This document shows, piece after piece, positions 40,776 through 49,608 of a DNA stretch of 64,000 nt (position 1 is the stretch's first letter; every line of letters starts with the position of its first letter). Source of the stretch: Dehalococcoidia bacterium (GTDB taxonomy: Bacteria > Chloroflexota > Dehalococcoidia > Bin125); assembly GCA_963555985.3 (NCBI GenBank), contig OY820591.1:2048001-2112000 (forward strand), read 5' to 3'. The position numbers and the translations under genes are program-made. The notes beneath the pieces were generated by a model, which was not told the origin of the DNA, made no database searches, and saw only the letters and a list, made by a program, of their open reading frames with translations.

Positions 40776-41042
40776 ATGTCGCGCAACAATCCCCATCATC
40801 CTGGCGAGACGGTCCTGGAGGACTGCATTGAGGCCCTGGGGCTGACGATTGCTGAGGCGGCAGAGCACCTTCAGGTGAACGTGGGTGCGCTCAGTGCGAT
40901 CTGCGAGTGCCGCGCTCCGATCACGGCAGAGATGGCGGTGCGCTTCGAGATGGCGTTTGGGAGCACTGCGGATGCGTGGCTACGGATGCAGGCCGCCTAC
41001 GACCTTGCCCAAGCGCGGAAGACGGCCTGCGAGATCAAGTGA
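40776..41042 (+). CDS. higA: Second HigA-family antitoxin (possible premature stop near the C-terminus)
   Basis: NPHHPGE...AVRFEMAFGSTADAWLRMQAAYDL; EIK-TGA-IERAA-TAA. Confidence 0.88.
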   Translation: MSRNNPHHPGETVLEDCIEALGLTIAEAAEHLQVNVGALSAICECRAPITAEMAVRFEMAFGSTADAWLRMQAAYDLAQARKTACEIK

Positions 41043-41065
41043 ATTGAGCGGGCGGCGTAACGCGG

Positions 41066-42028
41066 CTACTGAACTGATTCTCCGGACCAAGTCAGTAGTT
41101 GCCCGGTCTCAACATCCTGCACGCTCCGCAGGTTAGGTGGATTCTGACCATCGTAGATGGCCTCATCCAACTGGGATTGGATGAGGCCCCTCGCTGGGCT
41201 TGGCTCATCCTCGTGCTCCGCCCCTGAAACAACCCACATAGACCTATGTGGAGTGCTAAAGTCGGTCCCCGACAAAGTCGCACCACGAAGATTCGCTGCT
41301 TCAAGACTAGCGTCACTAAACTTTGCGAACGTGAGATCGCACTTAGAGAAGTTCGTACTAGTGCAAATCGTCCTTGCGAGATTCGCATGCCTCAGGCTCA
41401 CACCTGAAAGATTCAAGCCATGAAGATCTATGCCGACTAGCCTCACCCCGTCAAGATCAACAGCAAAGTCCTGGCTCCGCTCAAAGCAAAGTTCATCTGA
41501 CGTCCGAGAACCAATAAAATCTATAGCGAAGCTAACGTCTTCTCGAACCGAGCCACCGTCATCGCGCTCTGTCTTCGGTTTCTGGGCATTGTCGCCTCTA
41601 GCAGGATCCCGTACAAAAGCAGCGAGAAGTCTGAGCGACTGGATATAGTACTGCTCCCGATCTTGCCGCGACAGTGAGACCAAAGTATGCATCGCACTCA
41701 AGCGCACAGCATTCAGATCATGCCCAAGCATTTGGGCCGCAGCTTGGAATCGCTGATTCGAGATCGCTTCGTGCGCAGCGTTGACGCTGTCGCTCGTAGC
41801 TTTGACCTGCTGTTCGGCGACCCAGCCGCGCCAAATTGCGAGTGGTAGGGCCAACAGCCCGCCCATCATCAGCATGACGTTGCGAACCGTCGTGCTGAGG
41901 CTCTCTTTGTTGTCTCCAGTTCCAGTCAAGTCTCCCCAGAAGACGGCTGATAGCCCCGCTCCGACACTCAGCACGACGACCACAGCGACGCTGAACCAGA
42001 ACGTCCCTGACCTCAGAAGATCCCTCAT
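41066..42028 (-). CDS. Membrane-anchored pentapeptide-repeat protein
   Basis: Two N-terminal TM segments, LPLAIWR, NQRF..AAQMLG, pentapeptides (ANLAR, ANLRG), C-terminal GLIQSQLDEA...DVETGQLLTW; visibly lower GC. Confidence 0.85.
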   Translation of the reverse strand: MRDLLRSGTFWFSVAVVVVLSVGAGLSAVFWGDLTGTGDNKESLSTTVRNVMLMMGGLLALPLAIWRGWVAEQQVKATSDSVNAAHEAISNQRFQAAAQMLGHDLNAVRLSAMHTLVSLSRQDREQYYIQSLRLLAAFVRDPARGDNAQKPKTERDDGGSVREDVSFAIDFIGSRTSDELCFERSQDFAVDLDGVRLVGIDLHGLNLSGVSLRHANLARTICTSTNFSKCDLTFAKFSDASLEAANLRGATLSGTDFSTPHRSMWVVSGAEHEDEPSPARGLIQSQLDEAIYDGQNPPNLRSVQDVETGQLLTWSGESVQ

Positions 42029-42096
42029 TAGACATTCTCCGTGACCCCAAGAATACTCGCGATTCGGCGGGCTGTTTCTGAGAACCGGGACACCTC
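42028..42096 (-). pseudogene. Remnant 3' end of a restriction-modification gene paralogous to 43010-46099
   Basis: Encodes EVSRFSETARRIASILGVTENV* versus EVAWFSETARRIAALLKT*; 32/38 nt identical by eye (42059-42096 vs 43029-43066). Confidence 0.8.
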
Positions 42097-42113
42097 CGAC
42101 GACCTACCTGATT

Positions 42114-42296
42114 CCGTCATACCCGCGCTCCGCCGCGGGTATCTCGCCGTGTTCAGCACGGACGTCGGTGCTCGTCGCGGCGAGATTGCCCCCTGTTCAG
42201 GCCAGGGGCAGGCTGTGGCGGAGCACGGCAATGACGGATCTTGGGGGGTGGGTGCTGGTCACGGCGAGATTGCCGCGACGGGGCGCGGCAATGACG
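42114..42296. repeat. CGTC-type REP cluster (doublet plus single copy) downstream of the GIY-YIG gene
   Basis: ccgtcatacccgcgctccgccgcgggtatctcgccg...cggcgagattgcc[insert]gtggcggagcacggcaatgacgg; gtgctggtcacggcgagattgccgcgacggggcgcggcaatgacg. Confidence 0.9.
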
Positions 42297-42336
42297 AGGT
42301 GGGGGCGATGACGGTGCTTGTTGGGTCTCCGTCGTA

Positions 42337-42627
42337 TCAGGCTAGGTCGAAATAGAGGTCTCGCCACTTAGGGTTGAACTTGTCGATCATGCCGCGACGA
42401 CGGGTCTTGCTCCAGCGCTTGATTTGTTTCTCTCGGGCGATCGCTTCGTCCATATGGTCGTGGGCTTCCATCCAGACCAGCTTGTTGATCTGGTAGCGCT
42501 TGGTGAAGGCGGAACCTTCGCCGCGTTTGTGCTGCCAGACGCGACGGGCGAGGTCGGCGGTGACGCCGGTGTAGATGGGTCCGTGGGGTCGGCTGGCGAG
42601 GATGTAGACGCAGGGTTGGCGGGGCAT
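42337..42627 (-). CDS. Stand-alone small GIY-YIG nuclease (96 aa)
   Basis: CVYILAS..HGPIYTGVT.DLARRVWQH, FTKRY, AIAREKQIKRW, NPKWRDL. Confidence 0.92.
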   Translation of the reverse strand: MPRQPCVYILASRPHGPIYTGVTADLARRVWQHKRGEGSAFTKRYQINKLVWMEAHDHMDEAIAREKQIKRWSKTRRRGMIDKFNPKWRDLYFDLA

Positions 42628-42651
42628 GGTGGGTAGGGTAGCGGGGGCTTG

Positions 42652-42969
42652 GTGCTGGTCACGGCGAGATACCCGCGGCAAGCGCGGGTATGACGGATCT
42701 TCGGCGGGGCATGGTGGGTAGGGTAGCGAGGGTTTGGTGGTCGCGGCGGCGGGGTACCTCCTCTACTACGTCATTGCTGCGCTCCGTCGCGGCAATCTCG
42801 CTGTGCGAGCGACGACGGTGCAGAACACGGCGAGATACCCGCGACGGAGCGCGGGTATGACGGAGGTTTTGTTGGGCGCGGGTGTGACGGATCTTTTGGG
42901 TGTGGGCGGCAGGCAGAGAGGTTGGTGCTGGTCACGGCGAGATTGCCGTGGCGGGGCACGGCAATGACG
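42652..42969. repeat. CGTC-type REP cluster upstream of the GIY-YIG gene (single, doublet, partial, single)
   Basis: Copies at 42652-42696, 42769-42863 (doublet), 42876-42890 (partial) and 42925-42969. Confidence 0.9.
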
Positions 42970-43009
42970 AGGTGGGGGCATGTCGGATGTTTGGGTGTTC
43001 GGCAGGTTG

Positions 43010-46000
43010 CTAGGTTTTCAGCAGGGCGGCGATGCGGCGGGCGGTTTCTGAGAACCAGGCGACTTCGGTGACGGTTAGGGGGCGGCCCAGCACCTTCTCT
43101 TCTCGGTAGCTGAGCCACTTTTTGAGGACCTGGTAGCCGCCCAAACGGTATTCCCAGACCGCCAGCGGTACGTTTGCCCAATATGTCTTGTCGTTCAGGT
43201 AGATGTCCACCGCTTGCCCGTGCTTGACGATCTTGCCTCGGCCGGGCATGACGGCTTGGTTGGCTCCGAAGCGGCCCCAGTTGGCGGTGAGGGCGAAGTC
43301 GTCGGGTTGCATTTGGGTTCCGTCGGTTGTGGTGGGGACGGCGATGGTGTGGTCTAGGTAGGCGGAAACGTCGGACTCGGTGTCGAGGAGGCGGGCGAGT
43401 TGGCGGCCTTTGGCGGCGGACTTGGCGAGAGCTTCGGGGGTGCCGGGGAGGGGGATGCGGGGCCAGCCCAACCTCAAGGGGTCGGCATTGGCGGCTCGGT
43501 ACTTTGGATCGTGCAACGTCGCCACGACGTGGTAGAACAAGTTCTCAGGCTCAGCATCTAGGGATTCGACGTACTTGACGCCTCTGTCGGACAAGTTGAG
43601 CACCCGTTTGGTGGTGTCTGACTCAAGATCAAATTGGAGATCGCGGAGATAGAGCGGGAACCAGCTTGAGAGTCCGTTGCCGAAGTTGTCCGCCATCGCT
43701 CGCACGACAGTACCGCGCTGATACTCAGACTGTGGCTCCCGTTCACGGGCTTCGAGCCAAAGGTTCTCTGCGAACACGTGCGACTGATATTCCGGTCGTG
43801 GACGATCCAGTAGGCCGGCCTGGTCTGACCAGTAGAGCCAGCGGAGATCGAAGGGGCGGTAGGCGTAGCGAATGAAGTCCGTGTCGGCTGCGTCTACGTG
43901 TTCGGCGATGCGCTGCTTGAGCTGATCGAGATCGATGTCCACTACGAGCGAGTCGCGGCTGGTCTTGACGCCGGGGTAGTAGGCGGGGAAGAGGTCTACG
44001 AGGGAGGGCCAGTCGAACCAGTGGTCGCTGACGGCGACGGGGGTGAAGGGGAGGCCGAGGCCGGGCGTGGGGGCGATGGGTTGGTAGAGGGCGGACGGTT
44101 CGGATTCGGCGGTTTCGTCCAGTTCTTGGAGCTTGCCGACGCCCCAGAGTTCCCGCCAGTCGATCTGTTGGGCGGACTGGTGGGATTGCTTGCGGATCAG
44201 GGTGGCGACGGCGGTGCCGACCTGGATGCCGAGCGGATCGTCGGGGGTGGAGAAGATGCTGGGGTCGGGGTCGCCGTCTGGGGTGAGTTTGCCGGTGCGG
44301 TATTTGTCGCCGTTGAGGTTGTCGATGCGGATGTCGTCGAAGGCGTGGAGGTAGCGCTGTCTCATGCCGGGGAAGGAGAGTCCGTCGAGCCAGGAGTAGT
44401 TGGAGATGAAGCAGACGACGCCCTCGCCAGTCTTGTCGGCGATGCGGCGTTCGGCCATGCGGAAGAAGCGGACGTAGAGGTCGTTGAGGCCCTGTCCCTG
44501 TGGTTTGGGCAGGTCTGGGCCGTTGACTTGGCGGTAGGCGTCGGAGAGTTCGCGCTCCTCGTCGACGGCGACGCCGGCGAAACCGCTGTAGGGCGGGTTG
44601 CCGAGGATGACGAGGATGGGTTGTTCCTGTTTGACGGCGTCGGCCTGTTGGCGTTCGTGTTCAAGTTCGGGGAAGGGCATGGGTTTGGTGGTTTCGGGTT
44701 CCCAGCCGATCAGGGCGTTGGTGAGGAAGACGCCGGCGCGCTGGTTGGGTTCGAGCGCGGCGCCCAACTGTTCGAGGGCGAGTCCGATTTCGAGGTGGGC
44801 GACAACGAGCGGGGCGGGCATGATTTCGAAGCCGAAGATGCGGGTGGTTGCGGCCTGGCGGGCGGCGGCGGGAGCGGCTGCGCCCTGGCCGGTGGCGAGT
44901 TCGGTTTGAGCGATGCGGCGCAGGGTCTCGATCAGGAAGGCGCCGGTGCCGCAGCAGGGGTCGAGCACGTAGACGCGCTCGTCGGCGAGTCCTTTGGGGA
45001 TCTTGAGGTCGTCGCGGAGGGCCTGGTCGACGCGGGCGACCATGTAGCGGACGACTGCGCGGGGGGTGTACCAGACGCCGAGTTGTTTGCGGAGGTCGGG
45101 GTCGAAGGCTTCGAGGAAGGGTTCGTAGAAGTACTGGACGGCTTCGCCTTCGTAGAAGCGTTTGAGGAATTCTTCGCGGTCGACGCGGTCGAGGGCGGCT
45201 TCGGTCCAGTCGAGGACATCGGTGAGGTTGAGGCGTTCGAGCCGGCCGGGGTCGGTGAGGTGGTGGAAGAGCATTCGCAGGACGGGCGCGCGCAGGCGGT
45301 AGGCGGTGTCCCACCAACGGAAGCGGTCAGTTTTTCCGGCGGCGAGATCGGCGCGGGAGGAGAGGACCCAGGCGGTGAAGATTCCGTAGAAGAGGGTTTG
45401 CACGAGGGTGGAGCGGAAGAAGTCCTGTCCGCGGGCGTCCTCGTAGCGCATGCCCAGGGCTTGCTCCAGGGCCTCGCGGATGGGGTCAAGGGAGGTTTCA
45501 GCGGCGGCGGCTTGTTCGACGCGCTGAAGCGCCGCTTGGGCGTAGGCGGCCAAGAGCCGGGCCAGGTCGCGCGGATCGGCGATGGCTGCCTGGTGCGTCA
45601 TCACACGAGTCAAGTACTGACCCAGAGCGAGTCCGTGTCGGTTGGCGGCGGCGGTCGGGTGCTTGAGGAGTGCGGTGAAGTCGGCGTCGGTATCGGCGAG
45701 GGAGTAGCGTTCGAGGACGGCTTTGGAGCCATCGCGGTCCTCGCCGACGAGGGCGAACGCTCGCAAGTTGGTGCACAAGACGAGTTTGTGTTGACGCCAG
45801 TACTTGTCGACTTGTTCGGAGGCGATCAGGGCGTCGAGGTCGTGGTCGGAGCCTTTGACCTCGACGACGCCGCGGTCGGGTTGGGGTTGGTCGGCGGAGA
45901 AGAGTCCGAGGTCGGGTTGGCCGGATGTGGTCTCGGCGTAGTGGACGACGGCGCGGACTTTGGGTTTGAGTTGGTCGCCGAGGGCGTCGAAGAGGTTGTC

Positions 46001-46099
46001 GAGAGCGGTGTAGTGGGAGAGCTCGGGCGTGCCGACGCGGTTGACGCCGGCGATGGCGTGGAGGTAGTGGAGGACGGCGGTTCGGAGTTCGGAGTTCAC
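43010..46099 (-). CDS. Fused restriction-modification enzyme: PD-(D/E)xK nuclease + N6-adenine methyltransferase + Type ISP-like C-terminal specificity domain, no helicase
   Basis: GTG start VNSELR overlaps the upstream stop; PDLGLF...VEVK; YFYEPFL..FDP..RKQLGVWYTP; DPCCGTG; GNPPY; YAYRPFD.RWLY; VWEY.LGGYQVLKKWLSYRE. Confidence 0.88.
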   Translation of the reverse strand: MNSELRTAVLHYLHAIAGVNRVGTPELSHYTALDNLFDALGDQLKPKVRAVVHYAETTSGQPDLGLFSADQPQPDRGVVEVKGSDHDLDALIASEQVDKYWRQHKLVLCTNLRAFALVGEDRDGSKAVLERYSLADTDADFTALLKHPTAAANRHGLALGQYLTRVMTHQAAIADPRDLARLLAAYAQAALQRVEQAAAAETSLDPIREALEQALGMRYEDARGQDFFRSTLVQTLFYGIFTAWVLSSRADLAAGKTDRFRWWDTAYRLRAPVLRMLFHHLTDPGRLERLNLTDVLDWTEAALDRVDREEFLKRFYEGEAVQYFYEPFLEAFDPDLRKQLGVWYTPRAVVRYMVARVDQALRDDLKIPKGLADERVYVLDPCCGTGAFLIETLRRIAQTELATGQGAAAPAAARQAATTRIFGFEIMPAPLVVAHLEIGLALEQLGAALEPNQRAGVFLTNALIGWEPETTKPMPFPELEHERQQADAVKQEQPILVILGNPPYSGFAGVAVDEERELSDAYRQVNGPDLPKPQGQGLNDLYVRFFRMAERRIADKTGEGVVCFISNYSWLDGLSFPGMRQRYLHAFDDIRIDNLNGDKYRTGKLTPDGDPDPSIFSTPDDPLGIQVGTAVATLIRKQSHQSAQQIDWRELWGVGKLQELDETAESEPSALYQPIAPTPGLGLPFTPVAVSDHWFDWPSLVDLFPAYYPGVKTSRDSLVVDIDLDQLKQRIAEHVDAADTDFIRYAYRPFDLRWLYWSDQAGLLDRPRPEYQSHVFAENLWLEAREREPQSEYQRGTVVRAMADNFGNGLSSWFPLYLRDLQFDLESDTTKRVLNLSDRGVKYVESLDAEPENLFYHVVATLHDPKYRAANADPLRLGWPRIPLPGTPEALAKSAAKGRQLARLLDTESDVSAYLDHTIAVPTTTDGTQMQPDDFALTANWGRFGANQAVMPGRGKIVKHGQAVDIYLNDKTYWANVPLAVWEYRLGGYQVLKKWLSYREEKVLGRPLTVTEVAWFSETARRIAALLKT

Positions 46100-47005
46100 T
46101 CGCGTCCCACTCCGCCGCGCCAGACGAGGGGTTGTCCGGTTTCGGCGTCGAGCACGCCGTCGAGGATGGGGGGGTCGTCGGGATCGGCCATGGCGGAGTC
46201 GATCTGAGCTTGGGTGAGTCCGACGGCTGGGCCTTCGAGTCGGTCGGAGAAGATGGCGCCGCTGATGTCGGCGCCGAGCAGGTTGGCGCCGGTGAAGTTG
46301 GCGGCCCAGAGTTCGGTGCCGTGGAGGATGGAGCGGGAGAGGTTGGCGTTGGTGAGGTTGGCTCCTGAGAGCCAAGCGCCGGAGAGGTCGGCACGGCGCA
46401 GAATCGCGTCGACGAAGTAGCCGCCTTCGGCTCGAGCGCCGGCCCAGTTCTGTCCGGTCCAGTCAATCGGATGCCAACCCGGGAGCCGTTGCGACACCGA
46501 GTCTGTACGCACACGCACGAGGGTCTGTCTGTCGAACGGCAACGGCTTGACCGGCTTACGCCAACGCTTCGTCGTCATCGTCAACCTCCGGCGACGTCAG
46601 CCGCTCTCCGCTGGTCAGCATGGTAATGACGGCGAGCGCGTATCGATCAGGATAGTCTTCAGCGAGCTGCCGCAGCGTTAAGATCGCCGCACCCCGGACG
46701 CCGGCGTGAGGGCTCAGAAGCCAGTCCACGGCTCGATTGAACCGCTCATCCAGTAGCGTTTGATGCGCGGTCTCGGCCTGGCGCTCGCTGACGCGGCTGC
46801 GCCAGATGGCGAGGGGAAGAGCGATCACGGCGGCGGCGATCAGGCCGAAGTTGCGCACCTCGTCGGAGGAGTCCCACCAGATGATCGCGACTGTGATCAG
46901 CAGTACTAGCGCGGCGATCGTGACCAGCGCCAGGCGCGACTCTAAGCGCCACAATGCTGAGCGGAGCAGTGCTTCCAACCATCGCAGCGGGTCAATCCAA
47001 CTCAC
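46096..47005 (-). pseudogene. Membrane-anchored pentapeptide-repeat gene split by a frameshift near 46560-46585
   Basis: N-half 47005-46556 (TMs, LPLAIWRSRV, DERF) and C-half 46584-46096 (ADLSG/ANLTN repeats, GLTQAQID...DAETGQPLVW) together match the architecture of 41066-42028. Confidence 0.75.
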
Positions 47006-47952
47006 CGCCGCTGTCCGTCCAGTTTCTCTACTAGCGAGGCCACCATTGACATCATCGGACAGGCCGCGCCTAGCTCTTTGGCGCGCTCCACCGGCTGCTT
47101 GAAGATCGCGTCCACCTCCAGCGGACGGCCTTCGTTGTAGTCGATGGAGGTGCTGGGTTTGTAGGCGCCCATGCCTGCGGTCAGAGTGAGGTAGCGGTGG
47201 CAGAGATCGTCGCTGTCGATTCTCGAAGATTCGCCGTGTGCGGCGAGGTCTGCGTTGCCGGCTGCGACGACCTCCTTGATGATCTCGTGGGCGATGTGGT
47301 GGAGGGCGGGGTCGTGAATCACTTGATCGGTGCCGACGCCTCCGGCGATCACACAGAGACCGTTGAAGGGGATGTTCCAGCCCAGCTTGACCCATCTGGC
47401 CATGAGCAAACTTGGCTCAGGGCGGATTTCGACCTTGCTGCCGTCAAAGAGGGCGACAGCATCGGCGAGTTGGTCGGCGTTGTCTCCGTAGTGGCCGAGG
47501 TTGAGCGCTCCGAACTCCTGGTGATTGACCTGTCCGGGTTGGCCGCGGCTGACGCCGATGAATCCCATTCCGCCGAAGACTTCGACGTTTGGCAGGGCGG
47601 CGGCGACTTCTTGATCCACGTTCAGGCCGTTGAGGATGGCGATGACTCGCGTTCCTTCGGATAGCACGGGAGCGGCCAGTTTGGGCAGATCGGGTAGGGC
47701 CGTTGCTTTGAGACCGACCAGCAGCCAATCGACTGGGCCATAGGCTGCGAGCGCCTCGGGCGACCTTGCGATCGTGGGTTTGGCGATGTGCAGATCGCCC
47801 AGGTGACTGCTCAGGTGCAGGCCGCCGGCCTTGACTGCTTCGTAGTCGCGGCGCATGAGGAAGCGGACATCGTGTCCGGCTTCGGCGAGCCTCATGCCGT
47901 AGTAGCCGCCGACGGCGCCCGCGCCGATCACGGCGACGCGCTGCGCGCCCAT
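47002..47952 (-). CDS. panE: 2-dehydropantoate 2-reductase family protein
   Basis: GAGAVGGYYG, LNGL, RWVKLGWNIPFN, YKPS..ID....RPLE. Confidence 0.88.
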   Translation of the reverse strand: MGAQRVAVIGAGAVGGYYGMRLAEAGHDVRFLMRRDYEAVKAGGLHLSSHLGDLHIAKPTIARSPEALAAYGPVDWLLVGLKATALPDLPKLAAPVLSEGTRVIAILNGLNVDQEVAAALPNVEVFGGMGFIGVSRGQPGQVNHQEFGALNLGHYGDNADQLADAVALFDGSKVEIRPEPSLLMARWVKLGWNIPFNGLCVIAGGVGTDQVIHDPALHHIAHEIIKEVVAAGNADLAAHGESSRIDSDDLCHRYLTLTAGMGAYKPSTSIDYNEGRPLEVDAIFKQPVERAKELGAACPMMSMVASLVEKLDGQRR

Positions 47953-47953
47953 C

Positions 47954-49126
47954 TCAGACCCTTGAGGCGGAACCGACGAACCGGTCGATCCGGAAGAGAT
48001 GCAGATCGTGCTCGGTCTGGCGGTACATGCTGAGGTCGGCCAGCGCTTCGCCGATTGCGGGGGCGAACTTGAAGCCGTGACCGGAGCAGGGGCTGGCGAG
48101 TGTGATGTTGGGACGCTTGGGGTGGATGTCGATCAGGAAGTGGGCGTCGGGCGTGTGCGTGTACATGCAGGTCTCGGCGCGGAGCAGCTTGCCGCCCACG
48201 TCCGGGAACGTGCGCGACAGCCAGTAGCGCACGTTGGCCTCGTCCTTCTCGGTCAGTTCGCGGTTGTATCCGTTCGGATCGACCTCGTCCAGCGGCTGAT
48301 GGTGTCCGAGCTTGAAGCCTTTGCCCACGTTGGGGAACCCGTAGGCGAAGTCCTGGGGGCCGCGTTCCCACATCCAGAAGGGGAGCGCGCCGACCTCGAA
48401 CGCTTCGGGGTTGGTCTTCGGCTCGAACCAGAACATCACCTGGCGCGTGACGGTCAGGGGTAGATTGAGTTTGCCGACGAGCCCAGCGTTCCAGGCGCCG
48501 GCGGTGACGATCATGCGCTCCGCTTCGTAGCGACCTTTGGCGGTGTTGATGATGATCGGCGACTCCAGGTCGTCCATATCGGAGGGCAGCCATTTCTCGA
48601 CCGGCTCGTCGAAGTGGAGTTCTGCGCCGTGCCGCGCGGCCTGATCGAGTTGTCCGTTGAGGGCGGGCTCGATTTCGATCATGCCGCCGCGCTGCTCAAG
48701 TACACCGACGAGATCGTCGGTGGCCATGACGCCCGGGTAGCGTCGTTTGAGTTCGGCGGCGTCCATGTAATCGACCGGGATGTTGTGCTCCCTGGCGCTC
48801 GTCAGCACACCCTGTACGAGTCCGGCGTCCTCCGTGCCCAGCGAGAGCGCCCCGGTCTGGGTGAAGATCGGGCGGCCGAGCTCGGCGGCGAGTTCGTCCC
48901 AGAGCTCGTAGGCGCGGCGCACGAAGGGGACGTAGGACGGGCCCTCGTAGTAGGCCTCGCGGATGCCGCGGGTGTCGCCGTGGGTCGAGCCGAACATATG
49001 CGGCGGGCGGAAGCGGTCGAAACCGATGACTCGCTGTCCGCGCAGCGCCAGCCGCCAGGCGGCGGCGGAGCCCATTGCGCCCAGACCGATGATGGCGACG
49101 TCGTAGGGTTCGTTCGCTGTGCTCAT
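47954..49126 (-). CDS. solA: Monomeric sarcosine oxidase / N-methyltryptophan oxidase family flavoprotein
   Basis: GLGAMGS, GSTHGDTR.IR.AY, CMYT.TPD, CSGHGFKF. Confidence 0.88.
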   Translation of the reverse strand: MSTANEPYDVAIIGLGAMGSAAAWRLALRGQRVIGFDRFRPPHMFGSTHGDTRGIREAYYEGPSYVPFVRRAYELWDELAAELGRPIFTQTGALSLGTEDAGLVQGVLTSAREHNIPVDYMDAAELKRRYPGVMATDDLVGVLEQRGGMIEIEPALNGQLDQAARHGAELHFDEPVEKWLPSDMDDLESPIIINTAKGRYEAERMIVTAGAWNAGLVGKLNLPLTVTRQVMFWFEPKTNPEAFEVGALPFWMWERGPQDFAYGFPNVGKGFKLGHHQPLDEVDPNGYNRELTEKDEANVRYWLSRTFPDVGGKLLRAETCMYTHTPDAHFLIDIHPKRPNITLASPCSGHGFKFAPAIGEALADLSMYRQTEHDLHLFRIDRFVGSASRV

Positions 49127-49128
49127 CG

Positions 49129-49596
49129 TTAGCTCCCCGCTGCTGCGCTGGCCTGGGCCTTCATCTCGGAGGCGACTTGGGTCATTGAGTTGTGCTCCCA
49201 GTAGAGGACGTGCTCGACGTGCTCGCGGATTGACCAGTCGTCGTTGGGGGCTTTGGCGTCGAGCAGGGCGTCGTTCATGTGCAGGAGCTGACCGACTAGC
49301 TCGGCGCGCTGGAAGATCAGGTCGCGGGTGAGGTGGGAGAGCGGGGATTCCTGCATCTGTTTGGCGGTGTAGCGGGCAGTCGAGACGGCGCCGGCGTGCA
49401 TCCGGTCGTGCTCGGCGTTGTGGACGAGCAGGCGGCGGACGCCGCCGTTCATGGCGCAGCCGTGTTCGGTCGGGAACGAGAGATCGTCGTCCGACAGGCC
49501 GGCCAGTTGCTCGACGGTGTCGGTGAGTTGGCGCAGCAGCGCCAGCGCCAAGCGCGTGGACTCGGCAGTCGATGGGGCGGCTTGAGTGGTCGTCAT
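49129..49596 (-). CDS. DinB-like four-helix protein
   Basis: H...HDRMH and WSIREHVEHV motifs. Confidence 0.6.
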   Translation of the reverse strand: MTTTQAAPSTAESTRLALALLRQLTDTVEQLAGLSDDDLSFPTEHGCAMNGGVRRLLVHNAEHDRMHAGAVSTARYTAKQMQESPLSHLTRDLIFQRAELVGQLLHMNDALLDAKAPNDDWSIREHVEHVLYWEHNSMTQVASEMKAQASAAAGS

Positions 49597-49608
49597 GGGA
49601 GCCTCCGT

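Noticed and set aside
41040-41042. In-frame TGA in higA2 as selenocysteine
   Set aside because: No Cys-equivalent catalytic context or evident SECIS; a CGA>TGA mutation is simpler
42114-42969. Repeat-spacer pattern resembling a CRISPR array
   Set aside because: Repeats alternate in orientation, spacing is irregular, spacers recur, and there are no cas genes; fits REPs
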